Assembly (NCBI GenBank): GCA_963758295.1
Contig: CAVWUU010000001.1
Location: forward strand, 288,001 to 352,000
From: Candidatus Eremiobacteria bacterium
Lineage (GTDB): Bacteria > Vulcanimicrobiota > Vulcanimicrobiia > Vulcanimicrobiales > Vulcanimicrobiaceae
Direction of reading: 5' to 3'
DNA length: 64,000 nt
Made by a program: the position numbers and the translations under genes. This document shows, in pieces, positions 36,466 through 47,853 of the stretch. Within the stretch, counting starts at the first letter, position 1. Every line of letters starts with the position of its first letter. The notes under the pieces were generated by a model. The model had not been told where the DNA came from and did no database searches. It was given only the letters and a program-made list of their open reading frames with translations.

Positions 36466-38709
36466 GGTTTTTGGTGCGTACCCGCAGCATGCGCCAGAAT
36501 ATCGTTACCAATTCGCGGATCGACCGCGTCGGCACGCGTTAGGTCGAGGCGATTGCTCACGGCGGCTTTATAGGCGGTTGCCGAGTTTAACTCGTTTACG
36601 TTTGTCGTTTCGCGCAGTACGTTGAACGGGGCGAGACGCTTCGTCGTTTGGAACGCATCGTACATCGGCGGGGCGACCGCATCGTAAATCGACAGCGGCC
36701 GCAATCCGAGCAGCAGCTCGATACTTCTCACGACGGAGCTCGTGGAGTAGTGTGCGTGATGAACGCCCGCGGCCGCATACGGCGACACGAGATAAAACGT
36801 CGTACGCTGGTCGTCGACGTGATCGGGACCGTTTTGTGCGTCGTCTTCGATAGCGAAGATCGCGGTAGTCGCCCAGTACGGGGAGTGTGACACGGCGTCG
36901 ACGATCCGGCCGAAGGCATGATCGTTTTGAGCGACGTAGGCGCGCGGCGTTAGCGACCCCGTCTTCGTGTAGTTTGTGTGGTCGTTGGGCAGCCGCACAA
37001 TTTCCAACTGAGGGAGATTGCGGTCGCGCACGAACTGCGTGAACTCGCGCGCCCACTCATCGACCGTGTTTCGTCACTCACGTTGTGTCGAAGCCGCGAT
37101 ACCGCGGATCGATGTGGTCTTTCAGGCCCGGCATCTGCGTGGTCTCCAGACCCGTGAGCGCCGGGATTGCGACGAATTCACCGTAATCGCGATAAGTAAG
37201 TCCCGCGCGTTTCGCGGCATCCCAAAGGTAACCGTTACGCGGAACGCTTGCAACGGCACCGTCTTCAAAATCGTACGTATCGCGGCGGCCGCCGTAACTG
37301 ACCGGCCAAAAGCGCTCCAGGTAGTCGTTCGCGAGAGCGGCCGTCGACCACGCGTGTCCGCTTGCGCTTACTTGCGCATCGGCGTACGTATTATCGAAGA
37401 TGCCGAAACGCTCGACGAGAGCGTGCTGATTGGGCGTCACCTTAGCACCGAACCAGGCAATTTGCGGATCGCCGTCAGCGCCCGCGACGTCGCCGAGCAC
37501 CTGATCGTAGGTACGGTTTTCCTTAATGATATAAATGACGTGCTCGATGGGACCGTGCGCGCGTAAGACCGTTTGCGCCGGAGCCGGAATCGGCGACGGC
37601 ATGTTTTCGGCGACTTGTTGCGAGCTTATAGCAGTGAACGCCGTGCGCGCAATCACGCGAACCGAACCGGTTAACAAACGGCCGACGTACGACGGGTCTG
37701 CTCCGCCGCGCGAACTCTCGAGATTCGGATTCGCGTGCGAATTTTCACCTTTGCCGTCGATGACATAGACGTTGTTCCGGTCAACGGCAACACCGTCCGG
37801 ATACCATCCGGCAGGCACGCGTGCAACGACGCGGTCGTTGCGAACCTCCGCGACCGCGTTCTCCGCGCCGAGTGAGACGTAAACCGTCCCATCGGCGGCA
37901 ATGGCAAGCGCGTTGGGTGAAGCGCCGGGACCTTGGGGCAAACCGACGTCGATGCGTTTCGTCACGGTCTTCATGCGTGTGTCGATTACATCGATGGAGT
38001 CCGCATCCGCGCATGCGACGTACACGCGCATGCCGTCGGGCGTAACAGCTAGTGCAGCCGGATGTAAGTCGACCGCAATTGTCTCGGCACTCCCGCCAAG
38101 TTTGATGAGGTTCCCGTTGCGGGTGAATCGGGACCCAATGGTCACCGTCGCGTCGCCACGGTTTGCAACGTAAATATTACCGTTGGCGAGCGTGACTGCG
38201 CCGGGATGAAGGCCGGTCTTCAGGGTGTTAGCGATATCGCTTTCGTTCGTCTCCCAGTACACGGTATTGTTGCCGTCGTTTGTCACAGCCAGGCTGCCCG
38301 ATTGCGCCGAAAGCGATGCCGGCCAGTTGAGATGCGACGCAACAGCAGCTACTTTCTTCGCTTTGAGATCGACTTGGAAAACGGCATTTGTATGGCCGCC
38401 CGCCACAAGCACGGCGTCGTTTCCGCGCCAAACCGGTATTCCAAAAGCGCCTTCGAGCGGGATAACGTTCACCGTGCTGAGATCCGCAACGCTAACGATT
38501 CGCAAAGCCGGCGGCATGTAGCCAGACTCTACGATTGCGAGCTTTTGGCCGTCGGGAGAAAGCGCGATCCCTTGCGGCATGGTGCCCGTTGTTGCGGCGG
38601 CGCCTTGCGGCAGCGAAATGCGCCATCCACTTGGGAGAAGCGTCGTGGTGCTTGCTGCCGCCGCGAGAAGCGCAACGGCCGAAGCTGCGATCAAGGCGAG
38701 TTTTCGCAT
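36462..38709 (-). CDS. Secreted YncE-like beta-propeller / phosphoesterase (alkaline-phosphatase superfamily) fusion, frameshifted near 37060-37085
   Basis: ORF 37078-38709 (propeller; HVIYIIKENRTYDQ; SASGH; YRDYGE) and ORF 36462-37031 (LPNDH, NDHA.G, EDDAQNGPDHVD) join if two single bases are restored (GAC ACA AAC GTG...ACA CGG GTC GAT GAG TGG). Confidence 0.85.
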
Positions 38710-38909
38710 TACCGTTCCTCCGTGGTTATGGTCGTTAATGGAAGAACACAGAGCCTAGGACGGCGCACGCAATCACTACTGCCCACGCCGGGACCTTCAA
38801 CGCGTGCACGGCGAGAAAAGCTGCAGCTGCGAGGAGCTACTGCAAGGAACGCGCCCCACGGCCCGGTCGCGGAGAGGTGCGCCATGGGCGAATCCGCAAC
38901 CTTCGGCCC

Positions 38910-39859
38910 ATGGAGCTCTCATCAACGATAGTGTTCGCGAGCGGCGGCTTCCGTCGCTACGACGAAGCCAAAGTCGGTCTTCTCACGCACGGATTGCAAT
39001 ACGGCACGGGTTGCTTCGAAGGCATCCGCGGCTACTGGGAACCGGCCGATAGAGAACTGTATCTCGTGCTGCTTCGCGCGCACTACGATCGGCTTAAAGT
39101 CTCCGCTAAAATCTTGATGATGGAGCTTCCGCACACCGTCGACGAACTGATCGACATTACCGTCGAACTATGCACGCGCAACAAATTCGAAACCGACATG
39201 TATCTGCGCCCGTGCATCTTCAAGGCGGCCGAAGATATCGGCGTGCGCCTTCACGGCGTGCCCGACGCGTTCGCGATCATCCCGGTTCCGTTCAAAAGCT
39301 ATCTTGGACATCGAGCAAAGGTCTAAACGTTTGCGTCAGCTCATGGCGCCGCGCCGACGACACCATGGCTCCGCCGCGCGCAAAGATCACCGGCCTCTAC
39401 GTCAACTCCGCGCTTGCAAAAACCGAAGCCGTGAACAACGGCTACGACGAAGCGATTCTGCTCTCGCACGACGGTCACGTCGCCGAAGGCTCGGCGGAAA
39501 ACATTTTCCTCGTGCGTCACGGAAAACTCTACACGCCCGATCCTTCGCAAAACGTGCTCGAAGGCTGCACGCGCCGCGCGATCATGGACATCGCCTGCGA
39601 TCAGTTCGGCATCGAAGTCGTCGAACGCTCGATCGACCGCGGCGAACTCTATTCCGCCGACGAAGTTTTCTTCACCGGTACCGCCGCGGGCATCGCCTAC
39701 GTTGCTTCCGTCGACCGCCGCACCGTCGGCGACGGCAAGATCGGCCCGATCTCACGTTCGCTGGCCGACTTCTATCAACGCGCGGTGCGCAACCGCGAGT
39801 CCGCTTACTCTTCCTGGCTCACGTCAGCGTACGCAAACAGCAACGCAGAGGCGGTGTAG
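38910..39859 (+). CDS. ilvE: Branched-chain amino acid aminotransferase, frameshifted near 39303-39320
   Basis: HGLQYG.G.FEG.R and YLRP in one frame; RAK..G.Y.NS, EGSAEN.F, LEG.TR, DEVFFTGT in another. Removing two extra bases gives YL-DIEQ-GLNV. Confidence 0.88.
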
Positions 39860-39885
39860 GCGCTGCCGCGATGCGGCGCATTCGC

Positions 39886-39917
39886 CCGTCCTTCGACAGG
39901 CTCAGGATGACGAAGGG
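39886..39917. repeat. REP-like intergenic palindromic element
   Basis: Minus strand GTCATCCTGAGCCTGTCGAAGGAC with a CCTTCG..CGAAGG stem between convergent genes. Resembles a widespread GTCAYCCTGAGC..GTCGAAGG repeat type. Single copy in this window. Confidence 0.5.
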
Positions 39918-40916
39918 CTACAAACCGCCGGAGGTTTCGGAGGCGGAGTTTTGCCAGTAGCGCACGTCGGGGGCGACCACTGCCGGAGTTGTCGCGAATT
40001 CGTTTAGGCCGGCGGTGTTGCGCCATGTTGCGAGTTGGCCTTCGTGAGCGAAGGTTAGCTTTGATAGCGAGCGGATGAACGTGCGGCCGATGGTTAGCGA
40101 CGGGAGGTGCGTCGTCATGACGGCGATCACGTACGGCGCTTCGTTTGCGTAGACGATGCCTACGTCGTTTAGCGTGTCGAAGAAGCTTCCCGTTTTGTGC
40201 GCGATCGGGACGTCGTCGGGAAGCGGTTCCGGGAGCAACGTGTTGATCTGATCGTCTTCCAGGATCGAGATCATTTGGTTCGAGGACCACTGGTCGACGA
40301 GTTTGCGGCGTGCCATTAGTGAAAGCAAACGCACCATGTCGGCGGGCGAGGAACGCAGTGTTTCGCGTACGGCCCAGTTCGACGTGCGCACGTCTTGCGT
40401 AAGGTGCGTGCGCTCGAGGCCGAGCGTGTACATCGTGCGGTTGATGCTGCGCAGACCCACGACGCGAATCAGCATGTTGGTCGCGGTGTTGTCGCTGATG
40501 TCGATCATCTTGGAGAGCAGATCGCTCACCGTCCACGTCGTGCCGACCGGTTCGTCGCAGAGATCGCCCGAGCCGTAATCTTTATCGCGCGGTAAGAGCT
40601 CGACGCGGTGCTGGAGATCGAATTTTCCGGCTTCGAGTTGACGGAAGACTTCAACCATGACCGGCACTTTGATCGTCGATGCGGCCGGCATGCTTGCGCC
40701 GGCGTTATAGCCGACGGAAAAGTTCGTCGAAAGATCGAGGATTTCGACGGCGCTCGATGCGGGGAATGTGGAAACGAGACGATGCAGCTCGCTGCGAAGA
40801 TGCGCTATCGGCGGCGGTATGGAAAGCGCGCGTGCCGGCATCCCGTTCGAACAGACGAGTGCAACCGCTACAGCGATGATCGCGAGCATGCGACGCATAC
40901 GTTTTGTATCGGCCAC
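39918..40916 (-). CDS. Serine hydrolase, class A beta-lactamase-like fold (probable PBP/DD-peptidase)
   Basis: ASTIK (SxxK), SDN and HKTG motifs with a signal peptide. No EPELN omega-loop motif. Confidence 0.85.
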   Translation of the reverse strand: MADTKRMRRMLAIIAVAVALVCSNGMPARALSIPPPIAHLRSELHRLVSTFPASSAVEILDLSTNFSVGYNAGASMPAASTIKVPVMVEVFRQLEAGKFDLQHRVELLPRDKDYGSGDLCDEPVGTTWTVSDLLSKMIDISDNTATNMLIRVVGLRSINRTMYTLGLERTHLTQDVRTSNWAVRETLRSSPADMVRLLSLMARRKLVDQWSSNQMISILEDDQINTLLPEPLPDDVPIAHKTGSFFDTLNDVGIVYANEAPYVIAVMTTHLPSLTIGRTFIRSLSKLTFAHEGQLATWRNTAGLNEFATTPAVVAPDVRYWQNSASETSGGL

Positions 40917-40952
40917 GTTGCACGGAATTGTAGCAGAACCGACGCTGAATCG

Positions 40953-41805
40953 CTAGTAAGGAACGCCGTCCGAGGCGGGTGCTCTCACCTTGCCCGTCAC
41001 CCCGACAAGCGCGATGAGCGCAGCCACATAAGGCAGACGCCTGCATCGCGTCGGGCGGCAGCCACGAAACGCGGCCTTGCAACACGAATTGCAACGCTTC
41101 GAAGAATCCGAACACCAGTGCGGCGGCAGTTGCGCCAAGGGGCGTCCAGCGTCCGAAGATCACCGCGGCAAGCGCAATGAACCCGCGCCCGGCCGTCATG
41201 CCGTCGGAGTACAGATTGAGCTCGCCGACGGAAAGGAATGCGCCGCCGAGTCCGGCGAGCGCACCGCTAGGAGCACCGCATAAGTGCGCAGTGCGAGCGG
41301 ATTCAAGCCGGCGGATTTCACCGCCGCGGGATTCTCTCCGCAGGCGCGCAGGCGCAGGCCCCATGGGGTTCGATACAAGAGCCAATGCAGTGCGCCGGCC
41401 AGAGCAAAGGCGGCGATCACGAGCCAGTAATAGTTTTGGCCGAGCGCAGCGACTTGACTGCTGGCGCCCGGCTGGTTAAAGATCAGCACCAGGCCGTACG
41501 CAGCGCCGCCGGCGCAAATCAGGTTGATGCCGGTGCCTGCGACGATCTGATCGACTTTGAACCGCGTTGCCGCGACGGCGAGGACGTAGCCGAAGAGCGC
41601 GCCGGCCAGCGATCCCCGCGACAAGCGCGAGGGCCGGACTCTGCGTGTAGTACGAAGCGATGACCGCACTGAAGGCTCCGGCCGCCATCATGCCTTCAAG
41701 GCCGATGTTGATGATGCCGGAGCGTTCGGAAACGACCCCGCCGAGCGCGGCGTACACGATCGGCGTCGCTTTGATGACCGTTAGCAGCGCCAGCGTCAAA
41801 AACAC
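40953..41805 (-). CDS. Nucleoside/purine-type ABC transporter permease 2, three apparent frameshifts
   Basis: Pieces in successive frames: ERSGIINIGLEG; VDQIVAG.GIN...TPWGLRLRACGENP; AGRGFIALAA.IFGRW; LPYV...APASDGVPY. Confidence 0.85.
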
Positions 41806-41811
41806 AGCCCG

Positions 41812-42843
41812 TCACGCCGCAATGCCCTCCGCGCGCGTCGCAACGTAGCGCCGTGCCGCCAAGATGAGAATGATCAATCCTTCGATCACGTGGATCGCAT
41901 CTTTGGGAACTTGCGCGCTCGCCTGCATCGACAAGCCGCCGGCTTCCAAAATCCCAAAGCCGAACGCCGCGACGCAGATCCACAGCGGATGAAGATCGCC
42001 GACGAGCGCGACGGCAATCGCCGTGAATCCGTATCCCGGCGAGAGTTGCGTGTTGAAGCGATGAAGTTCGCCCGTCACGATCGCGGCTCCGCCCATGCCC
42101 GCGATGGCGCCGGAAAGCGCTAAGGGGAGCCACGTCATGCGGACGATGTTGACCCCGTTGCGGCGCGCCGCTTCCGGCGCTTCGCCCGTGGCGCGCAATT
42201 CGTATCCGAATACCGTGCGGCTTAGGACGAAGTACAAAGCGGCCGCAACGGCGAGCGCGATGAGGATGGCAATCGAGAGCCGCGTATGGGGAATCAATGC
42301 CGGCAGCCAATACGCCGCCGGAAGCCACGCCGTTTCCGCACCGCTCGCTTCTGGACCGCGAAGCGGTCCGCTGACGAGGTCGAGCGTCAGATACGCGGCG
42401 ACGAAATTCAGCATCAACGTCGCGATGATCTCGTTCGCGTTAAAGCGCGCTTTCATCCAGCCGGCGATCCCGCCCCAAAATCCGCCGCCGATCGCGGCGA
42501 GGAGCGAAAAGAATGACGATGCCCGAGCGCGGACGGCACGTGCAACATCGGACCGACCACGCCCGCGAAGAACGCGCCCACCAGCAGTTGACCCTCTGCG
42601 CCGATGTTGAACAGACCGCGCGCGAAACGCAAGCGAAATGCCGAGCGCCGGGAAAAAGTAGCGCGGTCGTTGCGACGAGCGTTTCGCCGATTTGGTTCCG
42701 TCCGCCAAGCGAGCCGGCGATCAGGGCGGAGAAACCTTCGACCGGCGTCGTTCCGGCGACCATCATTGCGGCCGACATAAGCACGACGAATCAACGCACC
42801 GCACCGGCAGGACCCGGCAAATTTCCGCGAGCGATCGATTCAT
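41812..42843 (-). CDS. Nucleoside/purine-type ABC transporter permease 1, several apparent frameshifts in the 5' part
   Basis: GLFNIGAEGQ, ANEIIATLMLN, GYELRATG, GYGFTAIAVAL are spread over different frames. ATG 42843 overlaps the ATPase stop. Confidence 0.8.
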
Positions 42844-44267
42844 CGTCCGCCCGCCATCATGCGGCCGATGGCGCCGCGGTCGAGTGCTTCACGCGTCGAA
42901 GGTTCCGGCGATTTCGCCGCGATACATCACGAGAATGCGATCGGCGAGCGCTGAGAATTTCATCGAGTTCGAACGAGATCAAGAGAATCGCCGCTCCGTC
43001 GTTGCGCGCTTGAATCAATCGCGATTGAACGAGCGCCGCGGCGCCGACGTCGATGCCACGCGTAGGATTATACGCAAGCACGAAAGCCGGCTTGTCGATA
43101 AGCGCCCGTCCTACGACGAGCTTTTGCTGGTTGCCGCCCGAAAGCGTGCGCACCGGCACGTCGAGCGAAGCGGCGCGCACGTCGAAAAGGCGGCCGATGC
43201 GATCTGCATCGTTGCGAGCACGCGTGCGATCGAGGATTGTGCCGCGACGTAGTTTTGTTTCGTGCTGACGCCCAAGCACCGCGTTGTCGACGATCGACCA
43301 CGGCATCACCAAGCGCTTCACGATGACGGTCTTGCGGAATCACGCCGATGCCGCCGTCACGCTCAATGTGCCCGGTGAAGGCCAACATGCCGGTAAGTGC
43401 GTCGGCTAGCGTCGTTTGTCCGTTCCCCTCGACGCCCGCGATGCCGACGATTTCGCCCGCCGCCACGTCGAACGAAATGCCGGAAATTGCTGCGGATCCG
43501 CTGCCTGCACTTACGTCTTTCAGTGAAACACAACGCGCCTTTTCCGTGACTGCTCGCGCGGCAACGGCCGGAAGGTCTCCGCCGACCATTGCACGTGCGA
43601 TCTGGTCGATCGTCGTTGCCGCCGTTTCCATTTGTGCGACGATTTTGCCGTGCCGCATCACCGTAACATGCCTCGAGTACGAAAGCACTTCTTGCAGCTT
43701 GTGCGTGACGATCAGAATTGCCGTCCCGCGCTTGGCAAGTTGCGTGATGCTCGCAAAGAACGCATCGATTTCCGCGGGCGCTAGGGCTGCCGTCGGTTCG
43801 TCGAGCAGCAGGACGGACGGTTCGCGATCCAGTTCGCGAAGGAGCTCGACGCGTTGTTGGACGCCGACCGGGAGATCGTCGACAAACGCATTGGGGTCGA
43901 TCGCGAACCCGTTGCGTTCGGCTAACTCCCTAACGCGCAGGCGAGCGGCGTCGGCATCGATACGCCAGCCGCGTCTAGGTTCGCGTCCGAGCAATACGTT
44001 CTGCCACACACGCAGCCGCCCGACGAGTTCGAAATGCTGGTGAACGAGGCCGACCGTTCCGTTTGCATAAACCGTTCCGGCGTCCGGCGCGATCTCGCCG
44101 AAAGCGATGGCGGAAAGCGTCGATTTACCCGCCCCGTTTTCACCGACGAGCGCGTGTATTTCGCCGGGGCGCAGCGTAAGATCGACGCCGTCGACGGCGA
44201 CGACTCCAGGGTACGCTTTGCGAATTCCGCGCAGCTCGAGCGCAGTCGAGGGTGTGGCTTGAATCAT
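42840..44267 (-). CDS. Sugar/nucleoside ABC transporter ATP-binding protein (tandem NBD), frameshifted near 43315 and 42900-42960
   Basis: GENGAGKST, LDEPT, THKL, GVEGNGQ, then after a frame change LSGGNQQK and PTRGIDVG. ATGA overlap with the BMP gene. Confidence 0.88.
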
Positions 44268-45286
44268 ATCGGCGAAGGCGTCCACTTCGCGAGCGCTTCG
44301 CGAGAATCCGGAGGCATGATACGGCCGTCTTCGATCGCGCGCTGAATTGCCGCCAGCTTCGCGAGCCGCACGGCGCCGATGCTCTCGCGCGTGTAACGGA
44401 AATCGGTCAGGCCGACGGCATGTTGTTTCAAGCCGAGAACGATGTGTCCCGATAACGGCTTGCGCTGTTGAATGGCTTGTGCTACGTCGAACACGGCGAC
44501 GTCGACTTTTTTGACCATGGATGTAAGGACTTTTCCAGGCGCCAAACCGTCTTGGTCGCTATCCACGCCGATCGCATAAACGTTGTCGCGGTGCTTCACC
44601 GCTTCGATCGCGCCGAGTCCGGCTTTTCCGGCGGCCTGATAGATGATGTCGGCGCCGGAGTTCAAGAGCAAGTTGCTCAGCTCTTGGCCGGACGCCACAT
44701 CATCGAAGCTGCCGATGTACTTAACGTCGACGACGGTTTTAGGGTCGACTTCATGCGCGCCGGCAATGTATCCGGCTTCGAATTTCTGCAAGAGCGGAAT
44801 GTCCTGGCCGCCGAGAAATGCGATATGATGCGTCTTGCTCATCATGGCGGCTAAGGCGCCGGCAAGAAACGAGCCGTCCTGCTCGCGGAACGTTACTGAA
44901 ACGACGTTCGGGTCGTCGACCACCGCATCGATGATGGCGTATCGCTGCGATGGATTCTGCTTCGCAATTTGATCGAGATCGAGACTCATCAAAAAGCCGA
45001 TCGCGTAGATCATATCGACATGCAGGTTCGTGAGCGCGTCGAGATTGGGCTGGTAATCGGCGGCAGATCGCGACTGGAGCACTTGCACGTAGGCGTTGAG
45101 ATCCGAACGGGCGCGAACGAGTCCGCGGTAAGCGGAATCGTTGAAAGAACGGTCGCCTAAACCGCCCACGTCGGTGACCATGCCAAGCGTCAATTGCCCG
45201 GGTGCCGGAGCGCGACGGTGCATGCTGCAGCCGCTCGCGGCAAGAGCGAATACGACGGCCGTTAAAGCGACCAGCGCTTTCTTCAT
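44264..45286 (-). CDS. BMP-family ABC transporter substrate-binding lipoprotein
   Basis: Lipobox ASGC; TDVGGLGDRSFN, F.EQ.GSFLAG, GADII, IGVDSDQ, SMVKKVD. Confidence 0.93.
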   Translation of the reverse strand: MKKALVALTAVVFALAASGCSMHRRAPAPGQLTLGMVTDVGGLGDRSFNDSAYRGLVRARSDLNAYVQVLQSRSAADYQPNLDALTNLHVDMIYAIGFLMSLDLDQIAKQNPSQRYAIIDAVVDDPNVVSVTFREQDGSFLAGALAAMMSKTHHIAFLGGQDIPLLQKFEAGYIAGAHEVDPKTVVDVKYIGSFDDVASGQELSNLLLNSGADIIYQAAGKAGLGAIEAVKHRDNVYAIGVDSDQDGLAPGKVLTSMVKKVDVAVFDVAQAIQQRKPLSGHIVLGLKQHAVGLTDFRYTRESIGAVRLAKLAAIQRAIEDGRIMPPDSREALAKWTPSPI

Positions 45287-45340
45287 TAAAGGGCAGACTA
45301 CGACCCGAGGGAGCTGAAGCCTTTGAACGAAGCCGCGGGG

Positions 45341-45805
45341 ATGCAAGCACGAGACCTTCGTTCGGGCGCACCGCGACGTTGGACGGAAACGGCCGGCGGA
45401 ATCAATTGGCTGCCACGGCTCATCGACAAAACTCGCGCGGCGCACGCGGGTACGCTCGGCGCATACCTTTACGGCCAGTCGCCGGTCGACGCGTCGCTGC
45501 TTCACACCCTGGGACTGGGGCATACCGAGTTTGCGCGAATCGTTCTCCAGTCGCCGGACGACGAGGCTGTCGTTGCCGCGCTCGCAAGTCGCGATCCGGG
45601 CGCGCTCGTGCGGGCGCGGGCGTGGGGCGATAGCCTAAAACGCCGGCAGCGCTGGTTCTTGTTTGTACTTGATGTCGATGACGGGTATGCTGGCGGCATA
45701 TGGAAGCCGATAAAACCCGTGGTGAATCTGGCGGCCAACGGACTGACGTGGGCGATGAAACGATTGTGGCCCTCGAACGCGATCGAACGATCGCGAAGCC
45801 GGTAG
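45341..45805 (+). CDS. DUF5069-like hypothetical protein
   Basis: PR.......WLPRLIDK.RA...GTLG.Y.Y...P.D...L..LG pattern. Confidence 0.65.
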   Translation: MQARDLRSGAPRRWTETAGGINWLPRLIDKTRAAHAGTLGAYLYGQSPVDASLLHTLGLGHTEFARIVLQSPDDEAVVAALASRDPGALVRARAWGDSLKRRQRWFLFVLDVDDGYAGGIWKPIKPVVNLAANGLTWAMKRLWPSNAIERSRSR

Positions 45806-45831
45806 CGACGGTAAGAAATCCGTGGGGCTGG

Positions 45832-46923
45832 ATGACGGAGCAGCGCGTCACCTACGCACTGAAAGTCGTCCTTCTCATCGTCGTGTCGCTATATCTTGCG
45901 GGCATGATTTTGGGATTTCTCGGGCGCATCGCAAGCGTCGTCTACATTCTGATCGGCGCGATCTTCTTTGCGTATCTGATCTTTCCGATCGTCGACCGCT
46001 TGCACCGGCGCATGCCTTTAGCCGTTGCGATTCTCATCGTGTATCTTTCGATCGTGGTATTGATCGGCTTCGTCGGCTGGCTTGTCGTGCCGAACCTTTC
46101 AAACGACGTGAGCCAGCTCGCCCACAATTACCCGGCGATCCTCGCCAAGATCAACACGTTGATCAACGACCCGAAGAACCCGGTACTTTCTAAGCTTCCG
46201 ATTTCGCTTCGCGAAGAAGCCATCAAGCTTCCCGACGAAACGATAGCCTGGATACGCATACACGGCGCGGAAGCAACGGGTCACGCGATAACGATCGTCC
46301 TGAGCACGGCAGCCACCGTTGCAACGTTCGTCATCATCCCGTTGCTTGCCGCATATTTATTGCTTGACGTCGACCGGCTGCGAAACAGCGTGTTGCGAGT
46401 GGTCCCCACTTCACGGTGGGCCACCACGTTATCGTTCATCAGCGAAGTCGATCGCGTCATCGGCGGATTCATCCGCGGCCAACTGCTTGTTGCGGCCTGC
46501 GTCGGCGTCATGTTGACGATCGGGTTACTAATCTTGCACGTGCCGTATGCCTTCTTACTTGGATTGCTGGCGGCGGTCGGCGACCTGGTTCCCTACGTCG
46601 GCGCTGTGCTGACGTTCATCCCCGCGGTCTTTACCGCGCTGATCAACAACGGCTTCGTAAATGCGTTAATCGTTGCGCTGGTGTTTATCGGGATCTACGA
46701 GCTCGAGGGTCATATCATCGCGCCGGCGATCGTAAGCAGGCAAGTGGAGTTGACCCCGCTCTCGGTGCTTCTCGCCGTACTAGTCGGCGCGGAACTTGGC
46801 GGCATCATCGGCATGCTCGTAGCCGTACCGGTCGCGGGCGTACTTCGGCTGATCATCCTACGGGTGATTACCCGTCCAGCCAAGGCACCGGCGCCCCTTG
46901 GCGCGAACGAAAAGGCACCGTGA
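45832..46923 (+). CDS. AI-2E (PerM) family transporter
   Basis: FAYLI.P.V, YLLLD, GFIRGQ, VPYVG, EG.II.P, LGGIIG...AVP. Confidence 0.9.
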   Translation: MTEQRVTYALKVVLLIVVSLYLAGMILGFLGRIASVVYILIGAIFFAYLIFPIVDRLHRRMPLAVAILIVYLSIVVLIGFVGWLVVPNLSNDVSQLAHNYPAILAKINTLINDPKNPVLSKLPISLREEAIKLPDETIAWIRIHGAEATGHAITIVLSTAATVATFVIIPLLAAYLLLDVDRLRNSVLRVVPTSRWATTLSFISEVDRVIGGFIRGQLLVAACVGVMLTIGLLILHVPYAFLLGLLAAVGDLVPYVGAVLTFIPAVFTALINNGFVNALIVALVFIGIYELEGHIIAPAIVSRQVELTPLSVLLAVLVGAELGGIIGMLVAVPVAGVLRLIILRVITRPAKAPAPLGANEKAP

Positions 46924-47813
46924 GCACCACGGTTTCTTCAGCAAAAGCCGCACGCGTAGACGTGATCGGCGTTCCCATGGACCTCGGCGCAAGCCGTCGC
47001 GGCGTCGATATGGGACCCTCTGCGATCCGCTACGCGAAACTGCACGCGCGATTGCAAGAACTCGGCATCTCGCAATTGATCGACCACGGCAACCTTCAAG
47101 TGCCGATTCGTGAATCGATTTCCGACGTCGATCCGCAGGCGAAGTATTTTGCGATCATTCAAAGCGTTTGCGACGAGCTTGCAACGCTTGTGGAAGAAAG
47201 CGTGCGTTCCGGCGGTATGCCGGTCGTCCTCGGCGGCGATCATTCGATTGCAATGGGAACGCTTGCGGGACTGAAGCGCGCGCGCGGCGTCGCGCCGGGT
47301 CTCGTATGGATAGACGCGCATTCGGATATCAACAATCCGGAGAGTTCTCCGAGCGGAAACGTGCATGGGATGCCGTTGTGGTTCGCTTTGCGAAACGGCT
47401 TCGCCACACGCGAACGAACGGTGCAGATCGGCTTGCGCGACGTCGATGAAATCGAGAAACGCCTGCTGCGCGAATCGGGCGTGCGCGCATTTTCAATGAC
47501 CGATGTCGACCGGCTCGGCATGACGCGCGTGATGGAAGAAGCGCTCGCAATCGCCGGGGCAGACGACGGCTCGATTCACGTGTCGTTCGATATGGACGGC
47601 ATCGACCCGAGCGAAGCGCCCGGAACCGGAACGCCCGTCAAGGGGGGCCTGAGCTACCGCGAAGCGCATCTCGCCATGGAGATGCTGCACGAATCAGGGC
47701 AACTCGGGTCCATTGAAATGGTCGAAATCAATCCAATTCTCGACACGCGCAACCAGACGGCGGCGCTTGCCGTCGGCTTGATTTGCTCGGGCCTCGGAAA
47801 ATCGATTCTCTAA
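46920..47813 (+). CDS. rocF: Arginase
   Basis: GVPMDLG..RRGVDMGP, LGGDHS, WIDAHSD.N....SPSGNVHGM, SFDMD..DP, EINP. GTGA overlap. Confidence 0.95.
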   Translation: MSTTVSSAKAARVDVIGVPMDLGASRRGVDMGPSAIRYAKLHARLQELGISQLIDHGNLQVPIRESISDVDPQAKYFAIIQSVCDELATLVEESVRSGGMPVVLGGDHSIAMGTLAGLKRARGVAPGLVWIDAHSDINNPESSPSGNVHGMPLWFALRNGFATRERTVQIGLRDVDEIEKRLLRESGVRAFSMTDVDRLGMTRVMEEALAIAGADDGSIHVSFDMDGIDPSEAPGTGTPVKGGLSYREAHLAMEMLHESGQLGSIEMVEINPILDTRNQTAALAVGLICSGLGKSIL

Positions 47814-47853
47814 AATTCTCGATTTCGAAGGCGATTTGCGGCGAGCGGGTGCG

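Noticed and set aside
38710..38909. T-box, lysine or glycine riboswitch upstream of ilvE (contains GGAGAGGTGC)
   Set aside because: No T-box consensus or terminator, and too little sequence follows the motif to form those aptamers.
39918..40916. Class A beta-lactamase resistance gene
   Set aside because: SxxK/SDN/KTG are present but there is no Glu166-type omega-loop motif. More likely a PBP-like hydrolase; no mobile context.
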